NCBI GenBank assembly: GCA_045863235.1
Contig: BTUM01000067.1
Coordinates: forward strand, 1-43,503
Source: Candidatus Xenobia bacterium
Lineage (GTDB): Bacteria; Vulcanimicrobiota; Xenobia; Xenobiales; QWHO01
Length of the DNA: 43,503 nt
Direction of reading: 5' to 3'
Position 1 is the stretch's first letter. Each line of letters opens with the position of its first letter. The position numbers and the translations under genes were made by a program. Below are positions 1 to 9,125 of this stretch, in pieces. Under the pieces are notes generated by a model, which saw nothing but the letters and a program-made list of their open reading frames with translations, was not told where the DNA came from and searched no databases.

Positions 1-138
1 GCCTGTCAACTCGGTCGGGGCAAAGTTGACAGCTCGCGCGTCTGCTCATGAGCTGGCACCGGGCCTGTCAACTCGGTCGGGGCAAAGTTGACAGCCCGCG
101 CGTCTGCTCATGAGCTGGCACCGGGACTGTCTACTCGG
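1..138. repeat. 62-bp tandem repeat (two full copies 1-62 and 63-124, partial third 125-138), each with an internal hairpin CTGTCAACT...AGTTGACAG
   Basis: Copies 1 and 2 differ at one position (agctcg vs agcccg). The array may continue left of the window. Confidence 0.9.
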
Positions 139-143
139 GCTGT

Positions 144-174
144 AAAAACAAAGGCCGACCCGAAGGTCGACCTT
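144..174 (-). terminator. Intrinsic terminator of the tRNA-like RNA
   Basis: Minus strand AAGGTCGACC-TTCG-GGTCGGCCTT followed by TGTTTTT; cUUCGg tetraloop. Confidence 0.75.
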
Positions 175-195
175 CTCTCCCGCGCAAGTTCCAGA

Positions 196-267
196 AGCAA
201 AGGACTGGACTTGAACCAGTTACCTCTCGATCCAAAATCGAGTGCTCTACCGATGAGCTACGTATGT
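196..267 (-). ncRNA. tRNA-Gln(TTG)-like RNA or pseudo-tRNA with a mismatched acceptor stem and no encoded CCA
   Basis: Minus strand: D-arm TAGCTCATCGGTAGAGCA, anticodon arm CTCGA-TTTTGGA-TCGAG, T-arm ACTGG-TTCAAGT-CCAGT. Acceptor ACATACG/CCTTTGC pairs only 4 of 7. Confidence 0.7.
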
Positions 268-297
268 ACGCTTCTGCTGTGAGGTCGCGGTAAGCTG

Positions 298-306
298 ATT
301 ATAGCA
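298..306 (-). promoter_or_regulatory. Extended -10 promoter (TGCTATAAT) for the tRNA-like RNA
   Basis: Perfect TGnTATAAT on the minus strand ~30 nt upstream of the cloverleaf. Confidence 0.7.
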
Positions 307-308
307 GC

Positions 309-926
309 TCAGTGCAAGGCCTTGCCACAGCGCCCGCAGTAATCGCTCTCGGCGTCCTCCTCGCGGGCCCCGCAGGAGGGGCAGAAGACAGTGCGCTTGG
401 GCAGCGCGGAGGGCTCAGCGGCCCTCTTGGCGGGAGCAGGCTTCTTGCGGGCAGGAGCCTCCTCATCGAGACGCCCCGAGGGGGCGTAGTCGGGGGGCTC
501 GAGGTTCAGCCGGCTCAGCACCGAGGACCGGGCGGGGGGAGCCTCGGCGGGCTCGTCCTCATCGTCCTCGTCGAGCACCACCTCGAACGCCTTCTTGCAG
601 ACGATCTCGCGGTCGAGGATGCCCCAGACCTCCCACTTGACCGGGGCCGAAGCGGCCCGGCCGATGGCCTGCTTGAGACGCTTGAAGAGGCCAGGGCCCT
701 TGACGTCCTCGGGCAGACGCAGCTCGAAGGCGTAGTTGCCCGAGGCCAGCTCGCGCGGGCCATCCAGGGTACGAGAGGTCTCGTAGACCATCTCCCCCTC
801 GCGGGTGGCGGTCAGGCCCACCGCAACCCTGAGGTTGGGGCGAGCCGCGTCGAGCGCGAAGCGAAACACGCCCCGCACGATCTGGCGCGGGTCGTACTCG
901 TGCTTGTCCAATTCCAGGCTGAACAT
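309..926 (-). CDS. Hypothetical protein with C-terminal zinc ribbon
   Basis: 205 aa ORF ending CPSCG-x8-YCGRCG; GC3-rich codon usage. Confidence 0.75.
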   Translation of the reverse strand: MFSLELDKHEYDPRQIVRGVFRFALDAARPNLRVAVGLTATREGEMVYETSRTLDGPRELASGNYAFELRLPEDVKGPGLFKRLKQAIGRAASAPVKWEVWGILDREIVCKKAFEVVLDEDDEDEPAEAPPARSSVLSRLNLEPPDYAPSGRLDEEAPARKKPAPAKRAAEPSALPKRTVFCPSCGAREEDAESDYCGRCGKALH

Positions 927-983
927 GGGCGCGAGTTTCGCGAGCGGCAGGGTGCCCCCCTGCGGCAGCCCGAACAGGGAGGC

Positions 984-1301
984 ATGACCTGCCCCCAGTG
1001 CGGCGCTCCGGTGGCCGCCGGCAAGAAGTTTTGCACCCGCTGCGGCACCGCCGTGGCCGTGCCCGAGGAACGGGTGAGCAGCCTCAGCATCGACCCCGAG
1101 TCGTTGCAGAAGCTGCTGACCGTCTTCGCCCCCCAGGTGACGCTGGAGGAGGGACAGCTGCAGTTCGGCAAGCTGAAGGTCGATCCGGTGCGGATCCTGC
1201 AGCCCGAGCTCAAGCTCAGGTTGGAGAACTGGCCACCTCTGGCCGTCGATCAGCTCTCACTCGGGCCCCAGGGCTTGAGCCTCACCTTGCGCCTGACGTG
1301 A
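984..1301 (+). CDS. Zinc-ribbon domain protein
   Basis: GGAGG RBS before ATG 984; MTCPQCG...KFCTRCG. Confidence 0.75.
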   Translation: MTCPQCGAPVAAGKKFCTRCGTAVAVPEERVSSLSIDPESLQKLLTVFAPQVTLEEGQLQFGKLKVDPVRILQPELKLRLENWPPLAVDQLSLGPQGLSLTLRLT

Positions 1302-1783
1302 TCGAGCTGACCCTCACCGAAGCCCACGTCAACCTGCTGCTCGACCGGGTGCAGGACCTCTCGGCAAGCTACCAGGACGGTTGCTTCGTCCTGCACCGTA
1401 AGCTGCCCATCGGCGCCGCCTCGCTGGTGGCCGTGCCCACCGTGGAGGGCAGCGAGCTGGTGCTCTACCTGCCGTTTGATCAGATCCGGGGCAATATCAC
1501 CGGCAACCTGATGGGCCAGTTGACCAAGATGCTGTGGGGCGTCATCACCGACCAGGTGCTCAAGCAGGCCGGCCCGCGCCTGGTGGCAGCCGGCCTCCCA
1601 TCGGACACCCTGAGCGTGGAGCAGGTCAGTTTCCAGGGCAAGAAAGCCGGCCGCATCGGCATCTCACTGCGCCGGCTGAACGAGTGGCTCTCGCGCCAAA
1701 AGTGGGTCGATCCGCTGCACGTGTCGGTGGAATCGCTGAGGTTCGAGCCGGGCCTGCTGACCGCGAAGCTCGACCTGAGCTAA
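1298..1783 (+). CDS. Hypothetical protein
   Basis: GTG overlapping the previous stop (GTGA); 161 aa with typical codon usage. Confidence 0.7.
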   Translation: MIELTLTEAHVNLLLDRVQDLSASYQDGCFVLHRKLPIGAASLVAVPTVEGSELVLYLPFDQIRGNITGNLMGQLTKMLWGVITDQVLKQAGPRLVAAGLPSDTLSVEQVSFQGKKAGRIGISLRRLNEWLSRQKWVDPLHVSVESLRFEPGLLTAKLDLS

Positions 1784-1862
1784 GTCGGCCGCCCAGGTCC
1801 CGGATTCGACGAGCCGGCCTCGGTGGTCCGCATCGTGAGTGGCCAGGCCACCTGAACGGTGC

Positions 1863-2372
1863 TTAAAGTCTGAGCCCGACCCGAGCAGCTGCCGCCCGAG
1901 CCAGGTCCACGTGCCTCTTGACAAAGGGGGGCAGGGGACCTCGGTAGCCGGCCTCGGCCACGACGATGTTGGAATTCAAAGTCCCCATGGCAGGAATCTG
2001 GCCGTCCATGACCAGCCCGCCCGTGACCACCCCCGCCAGCTTGCCCGGACCTACCGACCAGGCTGTGACGTTGGTGGTCATATCGATGTCCCCCGGGACT
2101 GGCTCGCCCAGCGCCGCCAGAATCTCGGCGCAGTCCTTCTCGACCGGCGCCGATGGATTGATCAACTCCTCGAACCCGAAGTTTGCTTTCAGCCCGGCCA
2201 GATGGGCCCGCGCCTGCGCGTCGACCGGCTCATCGGGCTCTGCGCTGAAATGTGTTGAGTCCCGGGCAGGCGGGGCCTCCTGTCGCCGGCCGGGTCCAAA
2301 CGAACGGACTCCCCCCTCCGGGCCGACCGGCCGGGATGGCTGTTGTAAGCCAGAATGAAGAGCCTGCGTCAT
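1863..2372 (-). CDS. Hypothetical protein with low-complexity N-terminus
   Basis: GGAGG RBS upstream of ATG 2372. Confidence 0.6.
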   Translation of the reverse strand: MTQALHSGLQQPSRPVGPEGGVRSFGPGRRQEAPPARDSTHFSAEPDEPVDAQARAHLAGLKANFGFEELINPSAPVEKDCAEILAALGEPVPGDIDMTTNVTAWSVGPGKLAGVVTGGLVMDGQIPAMGTLNSNIVVAEAGYRGPLPPFVKRHVDLARAAAARVGLRL

Positions 2373-2587
2373 CGATGCCTCCACAAGTGGGTAACTGCTG
2401 ACCCTGGGCTAATTTAGCGGCCCGACCTTTGGAGAACCCTTGATCAGGCCAGGAAGCGTAGTCGAAGTGCGGAAGAGCCACCCAGGGGCAGGGTCATGCT
2501 GGTTCTTCTCTTGCTTGTCGGCCTGGCTCGGGCTGAAGACCGAGTCTGCCAGGTCGAGCGTGTCGAGATCATGCTCCGACTGGGCGC

Positions 2588-3481
2588 CTAAAGCTCCCCG
2601 TCGAGCACCTGGCGGATCTTCTCCAGCATCACCTTCTCGCGATTGGGCCGCTCCACCACCTTCGCCAGCGAGCCATAGTGATGCTCGAGGCACTCCAGCA
2701 AGAGCTCCTTGAGCGCCTCCTCGGGCGGGCCGTGGGGCACGGCGTTGGAGTCGGGGTAGATCTTCTCCAGCGTCTTGATGCGCTCGTCAAAGTGGGCGAA
2801 GACCGCCTCCAGAGGCCAGTCGCCCTTGCGGATGGCCTTGAGCTGGTCGTTGCCGCGCAGCAAGTCGAGGTCGCCCTCGAGCAGAATCTGCTCCACCTCG
2901 TTGAGCAGGCGCACCAGGTGGTAGGCGTACTTCACGTCGTAGCCGTGCTCTTTGATCGACTTCTGGCGAGCCTCACTCTTGGGGTCGGTGCGGGTGCGGA
3001 TCTTGGACATCTGGGCGAAGGCGTAGCCCTTGAACGTGTGCCAGCACTTCTTGCTCAAGAAGAGCTTGCGTTGCTCGCGCACCCGCTGGCCCACCGGCGT
3101 CATGAACAGGATGCAGTGGGCCGGGGTGAACAGGCTGTCAACCATGTTGGGGTTGCCATCGGCGCAGAGACGGAAGTAACGCACGATGGAGTAGATGGTG
3201 AGGTCGTAGGATTTGCGCTCGTTGGGCAGATCGATGTGGTGCTGCTGGAAGTCGTTGAAGGTGGGCACGTTCTGGTCCCAACCGGGAACGACCCCGGCCA
3301 GGTGGGGAAAGACCACGTCGCGCGGGGGGATGCAGAAGCCGTAGACGTCCGAGTCGGAGCTGTCGCTCGAAACGCCGTAGGCCTGGCTGCCCATCAACGT
3401 CTCGTAGTGGACGTTCTCGGCCACGAAGCGAGGGGGCTTGATCAGGTCGAGCGAGACCAGCTTCTTGGTCAGGCAGCCCAA
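2588..3481 (-). CDS. PolB-superfamily nucleotidyltransferase (RlaP/PF10127-like)
   Basis: GSQAYG-x6-DSDVYG motif, GNPN, and GYDVKYAYHLVRLL. Start uncertain (TTG 3481 vs 3508). Confidence 0.8.
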   Translation of the reverse strand: MGCLTKKLVSLDLIKPPRFVAENVHYETLMGSQAYGVSSDSSDSDVYGFCIPPRDVVFPHLAGVVPGWDQNVPTFNDFQQHHIDLPNERKSYDLTIYSIVRYFRLCADGNPNMVDSLFTPAHCILFMTPVGQRVREQRKLFLSKKCWHTFKGYAFAQMSKIRTRTDPKSEARQKSIKEHGYDVKYAYHLVRLLNEVEQILLEGDLDLLRGNDQLKAIRKGDWPLEAVFAHFDERIKTLEKIYPDSNAVPHGPPEEALKELLLECLEHHYGSLAKVVERPNREKVMLEKIRQVLDGEL

Positions 3482-3485
3482 GGCG

Positions 3486-3911
3486 TCAACGGGCGGCCTT
3501 CTCGCCAAACTCGCGCAGGCGCCGGGCCATGCCGCGCAGCAGGCCCAGCGAGAAGTCCGAGCTCTGCAGCAGCGTAAGCAGAGCCTGGCGGTCCAGGGTC
3601 AACAGCTCGCAGGGCTCGAGCGCGTCGGCCGTGGCCTGACGAGGGATATCCTCGAGCAGGGCCATCTCTCCCAGGTAGTCGCCCGGCTTGAGCGTGGAGA
3701 GAGATTTGCCGTCCACCGTCAGGCTGAGCGAGCCAGCCAGGACCACGTAGAATTCCGAACCCGTCTCGCCCTGCGTGAGCAGGCGCTCACCCGCCTGGAG
3801 CTTCTTGATCTTGGAGTGCCGGGCCACTTCGGTCAACTGCTCCAGGCTGAGGGCCGAGAACATCGGCACCGCCTTGAGGGGAACTCGAACCGTTTCCACC
3901 GGGACTTGCAT
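3486..3911 (-). CDS. Stand-alone cyclic-nucleotide-binding domain protein
   Basis: GDYLGEMALL...PRQATA phosphate-binding cassette; QGETGSEFYVVLAG. Confidence 0.9.
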   Translation of the reverse strand: MQVPVETVRVPLKAVPMFSALSLEQLTEVARHSKIKKLQAGERLLTQGETGSEFYVVLAGSLSLTVDGKSLSTLKPGDYLGEMALLEDIPRQATADALEPCELLTLDRQALLTLLQSSDFSLGLLRGMARRLREFGEKAAR

Positions 3912-3922
3912 CGTCAGCCTCC

Positions 3923-6900
3923 TTAGCGTACTCGCCGCAGCGGGAAATCCTGCCCGCTGCTGTATTGCACCACATCTTGCGGTTGGCCGAAGTACTCCTC
4001 GGCCAGCCGGGGCACCTCGCCCGACACGAACAAGAGCAGCCCGTTCACGGTCACCAGACCGCGAGAGTTCACCGGCGCTCCCGGGGGCTTGTCGTCACCC
4101 AGGCCGTTCAGCACCGAGTAAGTCAGCAGGCCGTGCTCCAGCTTGCCGGCTTCCAGCGCCGCCTGGTCCGAAGAGGCCGCCGCCACCAGGAATACCCCGC
4201 TCTGGCGGGCCAGATCCTGCTGGGCCCGCACCAGTCCGGCTGAGAGAGCCTGGTTCATGCTGGTGGCCGCCGCCCCCGAGTGGCAGCAGTCGAGGACCAC
4301 GAACTGGCGCGTTGCGGCCACCCGAGTCAGGCCTTGAGCCAGCTCCACGGAGGACAGACAACTGGCCTGGATCTGCTCGGGAGTGGCCACTTTCCCCTCA
4401 TGGGGCACGAAGTAGAACGTCTGCCCCAGCACCTGGCCGTGGCCGGCCAGGAACACCAGCAGCGTGTCCTGGGGGGCCGCTCCCGCCTTCAGGTCCTCCA
4501 GGGCCTTGCGAACTCCGGCCGCACTGGCCTGCTCATCCACCAGCAGGGTCACCTTCACCTCTTCGAACAGGCCGCCCGGCTTGAAGGCCCGCGCGATGGA
4601 CTCGGCGTCCGCCCGGCCCGCCCTCAAGTTGAGCGCGCTGTCGCGATAGCGGCTGACCCCCACCGCCAGGACATGCAGCCGGGGCTTGGCGCCCTGGGCC
4701 AGGCAGGTGACCCGCACGGTATCTCCCCGGCTCTCCACCTTGCCCTCCCGGTCGAAGGCCGTGGCCCGCAGGGTGTTCAGGCCGCCTTCCAGGTCGACCC
4801 GGGCCCGGGCTTCACCACCCTCCACCTGGATGCGCTCGTCCGGCACGCGATGGCCGTTCTGGAAGAGACGCACCTGCGAGACTCCGCCGCCCCGATCCTC
4901 GAGCTTGACCTCCACGGTCACGCTGGTCTCGCTCACCGAGTCGCCGGCCTGGGGTTTGAGGATGGTCAGCTCGGGAGGGGCCACCTTCAGGCTGCTCAGT
5001 GCCTGAGCGGGCCGGGGAGCCGGCCCGGGCTGGAGCAGCCGGGTCAAAAGTCCAGGCGCGAAGAAGTCGTTGTAGAACTGGTCCAGGGCGTAGAGCTGCC
5101 CCCCGAGCCGCCACTGGATCTGGGTGAAGGCCGCGGACGAGCCATCGAACAATCCGTCCGGTGCGGCCACCAGCCATTGAGCCCCCTCGTCGAGCATGAT
5201 GGCCGAGGCCAGCAGCTTGCCTTCGGGCGCTCTCCAGAATCCCACTGAGGATTGGGAGTCCGGAGCGATGAGCACCCCCTCGCGCAGGAAGGCCCGAGCG
5301 GTCGGAAAGGGAGGGGTGAGCGAGAAGAGCGTCTTGCCGGTCGTCAGGTCCCGCTGCTCGATCACCCGGTCCTGAGCCAGCAGCGCGGTACCCGAGTCGG
5401 CCGAGCAAAGTACGGAGGGATTGTCCTCCGGGTCCACGACTCTCGGGGCCGCCCCCGGCTTCCAGACAACCAGCCCCTGTTTGCGGGTCTTGGTCACCAG
5501 CGTGCCATCTCGAGCAAAGGCCAGGCTGCTCCGGCCCATCTGGTCGGTCTGGGGCATCAGGGTGCGCGCTTTCCCCGAGGAGACCTCCCACTCGACCACC
5601 TCTCCCCCGTTGGTGGCAGACGCCAGACGCCGCCCGTCGGGAGAGAAAGCCAGGCCCCCCAGGGCGCCCCGCCAGGTGTCCTCTTGCTCGGCTTTCAGCA
5701 CCCGGGTCTGGCCCCCCGGCAGGGCGATCAGCGACAGGCGTCCCACCACCTCGCCGGCCGCCAGCCAGCGCCCATCGGGACTGAAGGCCAGGCTGAGATA
5801 GCCGGTATCGGTTCTGCGCCCGCTGATGCTCCCGTCGGCCTGCCGGGTGAAGGCGGGAGGAGCGGCTTTCGAACTCTCCAGCACCAGGCTCTGACCCGGC
5901 AGCTCCCACACTCTGAGCCGCACGGTCCCGATTCTGGCATACTCGCCGGCCGCCAGCATCCGGCCGTCGGCCGAGAAGGCCAGGCTGAGCACCTCCTGGC
6001 CTCCCAACTGGCCGAAGCGGTAGACCGGCTTGCCCCGCTCCAGATCCCAGATGACCACGGCACCGTAGCCTCCGACCGCCAGCAGCCGGTGGTCGGGACT
6101 CAAGGCCAGGGCGGTCAGACAAAGGGACCTGCCGGTCAGCTTCTGGCTCAGCTGCGCCCCATCCCAGAGCTCGCACTCCTCGCCCTGACAGACCGCGAAC
6201 AGACTGGTCTTGAGACTGGCGGCCACGGCGTTGTAACCGACCGTATCGAGCATATTCCCTTGCGCGCCCTGCATGGTTTCCCTGGCGAGCTCTTCGCCTT
6301 CATAGGACTCTCGCTCAGCAACAAGCACCTTCGTCTTCAGGTCGCTCCCCAGCCAGGCCAGGCGGGGATGACTGCTGGTGTTGAGGAAGTTCGAGACCAG
6401 AATGCCTGCCTGGCCCCAGGCGATCCGCCGCCAGGCGCCGGGAGCCGAAGCGAGCTTGCTGCCGTTGGCGGGGTCAAAGAGGGCCACCTCGTTCAGATCG
6501 GCGACGGCCAGCTTGCGGCTGTCGGGGCTGAATGCCAGGCTGAGTTGCAGATCACAGCTCGGGTCGATCCCCTGCCGCTCGGTCAGAGCCATGCGAGCCA
6601 GGGGCTGGCCGTCTCCGAACAGAGCCCGCACCTCGGGCCGCGGCTGGAAATCGTCCCCCACCAACGGGCCCGAGAAGCGGCCAAAGGCCGAGACATCCCA
6701 GACGGCCACGAAGCGGTCGGTGGCTTTGAGCTCGCGAGGGGCCAGCTCGAGATAGGCCATGGCCAGATACTTGCCGTCCGGGCTGAGGGCCAGCCCCGCC
6801 GGTACCAGCCTCGCCTGGGGCTTTATGCTCGGCAATGGCCAGCCAATTCCGATCCGGCCGCCCCGCTTGAGGTCGGCCAGGGTGGCCCGAACTCTCAACC

Positions 6901-7306
6901 CGGATCGGTCGCCGGTGATGGCCACCACCAGATCGGGACTCAAGAAGGCCAGAGCCGCAGGGTTTGTCAGGGCGGCGCCCGGCTGCCCGGGGTTCAGGGC
7001 AAGTCCATTGCGGGCATCGTAGATGGTCACGCCCTGGGAGGTTCCCACCGCCAGGAGCCCACCGGGATTGAAGGCCAGCGCCACCGGATCGTGCTCGAGA
7101 TGGATGGTGCAGTGGAGCTTGTCGGCCTCCAGGTCCCACAGCTTCACGGTCTGGTCCACCGAGCCGGTGGCCAGCCAGCGTCCCGTAGGGTCGAAGGTCA
7201 GGCAGGTCAGCCTGTCGGTGTGCCCATCCTGCAAGATCAGGGTGGGAGGCTCGGCCATCCCGGGCAGAGCCAGCCAGCCGATCAGAATGAGAATCACGAG
7301 GAGCAA
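3923..7306 (-). CDS. Secreted WD40-repeat / caspase-like (peptidase C14) protein
   Basis: Hydrophobic signal-like N-terminus after GGAGG (TTG 7306), many GH..LAFSPDG..WD repeats, an Ig-like segment, and a C14 dyad FLAGHG / LDCCHSG. Confidence 0.88.
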   Translation of the reverse strand: MLLVILILIGWLALPGMAEPPTLILQDGHTDRLTCLTFDPTGRWLATGSVDQTVKLWDLEADKLHCTIHLEHDPVALAFNPGGLLAVGTSQGVTIYDARNGLALNPGQPGAALTNPAALAFLSPDLVVAITGDRSGLRVRATLADLKRGGRIGIGWPLPSIKPQARLVPAGLALSPDGKYLAMAYLELAPRELKATDRFVAVWDVSAFGRFSGPLVGDDFQPRPEVRALFGDGQPLARMALTERQGIDPSCDLQLSLAFSPDSRKLAVADLNEVALFDPANGSKLASAPGAWRRIAWGQAGILVSNFLNTSSHPRLAWLGSDLKTKVLVAERESYEGEELARETMQGAQGNMLDTVGYNAVAASLKTSLFAVCQGEECELWDGAQLSQKLTGRSLCLTALALSPDHRLLAVGGYGAVVIWDLERGKPVYRFGQLGGQEVLSLAFSADGRMLAAGEYARIGTVRLRVWELPGQSLVLESSKAAPPAFTRQADGSISGRRTDTGYLSLAFSPDGRWLAAGEVVGRLSLIALPGGQTRVLKAEQEDTWRGALGGLAFSPDGRRLASATNGGEVVEWEVSSGKARTLMPQTDQMGRSSLAFARDGTLVTKTRKQGLVVWKPGAAPRVVDPEDNPSVLCSADSGTALLAQDRVIEQRDLTTGKTLFSLTPPFPTARAFLREGVLIAPDSQSSVGFWRAPEGKLLASAIMLDEGAQWLVAAPDGLFDGSSAAFTQIQWRLGGQLYALDQFYNDFFAPGLLTRLLQPGPAPRPAQALSSLKVAPPELTILKPQAGDSVSETSVTVEVKLEDRGGGVSQVRLFQNGHRVPDERIQVEGGEARARVDLEGGLNTLRATAFDREGKVESRGDTVRVTCLAQGAKPRLHVLAVGVSRYRDSALNLRAGRADAESIARAFKPGGLFEEVKVTLLVDEQASAAGVRKALEDLKAGAAPQDTLLVFLAGHGQVLGQTFYFVPHEGKVATPEQIQASCLSSVELAQGLTRVAATRQFVVLDCCHSGAAATSMNQALSAGLVRAQQDLARQSGVFLVAAASSDQAALEAGKLEHGLLTYSVLNGLGDDKPPGAPVNSRGLVTVNGLLLFVSGEVPRLAEEYFGQPQDVVQYSSGQDFPLRRVR

Positions 7307-7355
7307 GTCCAACCTCCCGCAGGCGACCGGGATCGTTCCTGCGAAGTTCGCGCCC

Positions 7356-9125
7356 ATGCCGATCCGCCCTGCTGTGACCGCCATGGCCCTGGCGGCTCTG
7401 GTCAGCAGCCTGTTCTGGTTGGTCCGCGGGACCGACCTGGTACGCCGCCTCGAGCTCACCCTGCTGGACGCGCGCTTCGTGTGGCGTTCGGATCAGGCCG
7501 TGCGGGTGGATCCCTCCATCGCCCTGATCGAGTTCGACGAGAAGAGCTACCGGGCCATCGAGCGCCATCCGGTCTTCTGGCTCGGCCTCTGGGGCCGGCT
7601 GGCAGGAAAGCTCTTGGACAACGGGGCCACCGTGGTGGGGCTGGACGTCATCCCCACCCACGTCGAGCCAGCCGAATTCGGCGACTTTGCGCGGGTGGCC
7701 GTGCAGCACCGCGGCAAGCTGGTGCTGATCGCTGCCCTGGACGGGGTGACGCTGGTCCACCCGGCCGACGAAGTGGTGGCCGCGCTGGGGGCAGAGAACC
7801 TGGCCCTGGCCAACCTGACCCGGGACTTCGACGGGGTGGCCCGGGCCCAGGCCGTGCAACCCCTCCCCCACCGGGCCCTGGGGCGCGACAGCTGGCCCTT
7901 TCTGGCCGCCCTGCTGGCCGAGCGGAAGGCCGGCGTCAAGGCCAGCGAGCCGCTGGTCATGATCAACTACCAGAGCCGCAGCCACTTCGCCAGCTACCGG
8001 CTGGAAAAGGTGCTGGAGATGTCCCCCGAGGAGCTGCGCCGCGCCTTCGCGGGCAAAGCCGTGCTGGTGGGTACGCTGGCCCGCTCCGATCAAGACCTGG
8101 CCGACACCCCCTTCAGCCTCCGGCCGGCCTCGGATGGACGGCGCCACTCCATGCCGGGCCTCTGGGTTCAGGCCTTCACGCTGAACACGCTGCTCACCGG
8201 CCAGAAGCTCCTCCCGGTGCCACCCTGGGCTGCTTTTGGGGCCCTGTTTCTGGCCAACCTGGCGCTGGCTCTGGCGGCCACCTTCTGGCGCGCCCCCCGG
8301 GTCTTTCTGGTCTGGCTGGCGGTCAGCCTGGGGGCCTTGCTGGGCGGCTACCTCCTCTTCGTGCTGGCCGGGCGCTGGTTGGAGCTGGCCCCCATCTTCC
8401 TGTCGCAGCCTCTCTGCCTGGTGCTGGCCACGGCCACCCGCCTGCGTTCGGTGGAACGCGAGCGCATCGAGTTCGAACGAGCCGTCGAGCGCTTCGTGGC
8501 CCCCGAAGTGCTCGACGAGATGCTGGCCGAGCCCGGTCTGCGCCGCTCCCAGCTCAACACCCGCCGCGTCGTCACGGTGCTGTTCTCGGACATCAACGAC
8601 TTCTCCACCGTGTGCGAGGTGGAGGACCCGGTGGTGGTGGCCCGGATGCTCGACGAGCACTACCAGGAGATGTCCCGGGTGATCTTCGCCCACCGGGGAA
8701 CCATCATCCGCTTCGTGGGGGATCAGTTCATGGTGCTGTTCGGGGCTCCCCTGGCCCACCCCAATCCGGCCCAGGCAGCCCTGCAGACGGCCGTGGCCAT
8801 GGTGGAGCGATGCCGCGAGCTGGCCCAGCTCGGTAAACCCGGCTTCTACGGCCTGAAGGTGGGCATCCACACGGGCGAGATGCTGCTGGCCACCATCGGC
8901 AACGACCAGAAAAGCGAGTACACCGCGGTGGGCGACAACGCCAACCAGGGCGCGCGCATCCAGGACCTGACCAAGAAGGTGGGGGTGGCCATCCTGGCCA
9001 GCCAGGCCACCGTGGAGGCGGCCGGGCCCACCGAGGGCCTGCGCATCGAGGATCAGGGCGAGCACCCGGTGAAAGGACGCGTCAAGCAGGTTCGCGTCTA
9101 CGCGATCTCTCGGGAGGGTGCATGA
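7356..9125 (+). CDS. CHASE2-domain class III adenylate/guanylate cyclase
   Basis: N-terminal TM, CHASE2 motifs (VVGLDV, DFDGVAR, GKAVLVG), 3 TMs, cyclase motifs VLFSDINDFS, GDQFM, GIHTG, YTAVGDNANQGARI. Confidence 0.9.
   Translation: MPIRPAVTAMALAALVSSLFWLVRGTDLVRRLELTLLDARFVWRSDQAVRVDPSIALIEFDEKSYRAIERHPVFWLGLWGRLAGKLLDNGATVVGLDVIPTHVEPAEFGDFARVAVQHRGKLVLIAALDGVTLVHPADEVVAALGAENLALANLTRDFDGVARAQAVQPLPHRALGRDSWPFLAALLAERKAGVKASEPLVMINYQSRSHFASYRLEKVLEMSPEELRRAFAGKAVLVGTLARSDQDLADTPFSLRPASDGRRHSMPGLWVQAFTLNTLLTGQKLLPVPPWAAFGALFLANLALALAATFWRAPRVFLVWLAVSLGALLGGYLLFVLAGRWLELAPIFLSQPLCLVLATATRLRSVERERIEFERAVERFVAPEVLDEMLAEPGLRRSQLNTRRVVTVLFSDINDFSTVCEVEDPVVVARMLDEHYQEMSRVIFAHRGTIIRFVGDQFMVLFGAPLAHPNPAQAALQTAVAMVERCRELAQLGKPGFYGLKVGIHTGEMLLATIGNDQKSEYTAVGDNANQGARIQDLTKKVGVAILASQATVEAAGPTEGLRIEDQGEHPVKGRVKQVRVYAISREGA

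Noticed and set aside
1..138. CRISPR array
   Set aside because: Units repeat in full with no unique spacers, and no cas genes are in the window.
196..267. Bacterial Y RNA (YrlA type)
   Set aside because: Arm order is canonical (D-anticodon-T) rather than permuted, and no Ro60/TROVE gene is in the window.
2409..2693. Minus-strand 94-aa ORF
   Set aside because: Overlaps the NTase 3' end in another frame; no RBS or motifs.
5252..8836. 1194-aa plus-strand ORF (and 6552-9065 minus)
   Set aside because: Shadow ORFs of the GC-rich caspase and cyclase genes; no domain motifs, Arg/Gly/Pro-biased.
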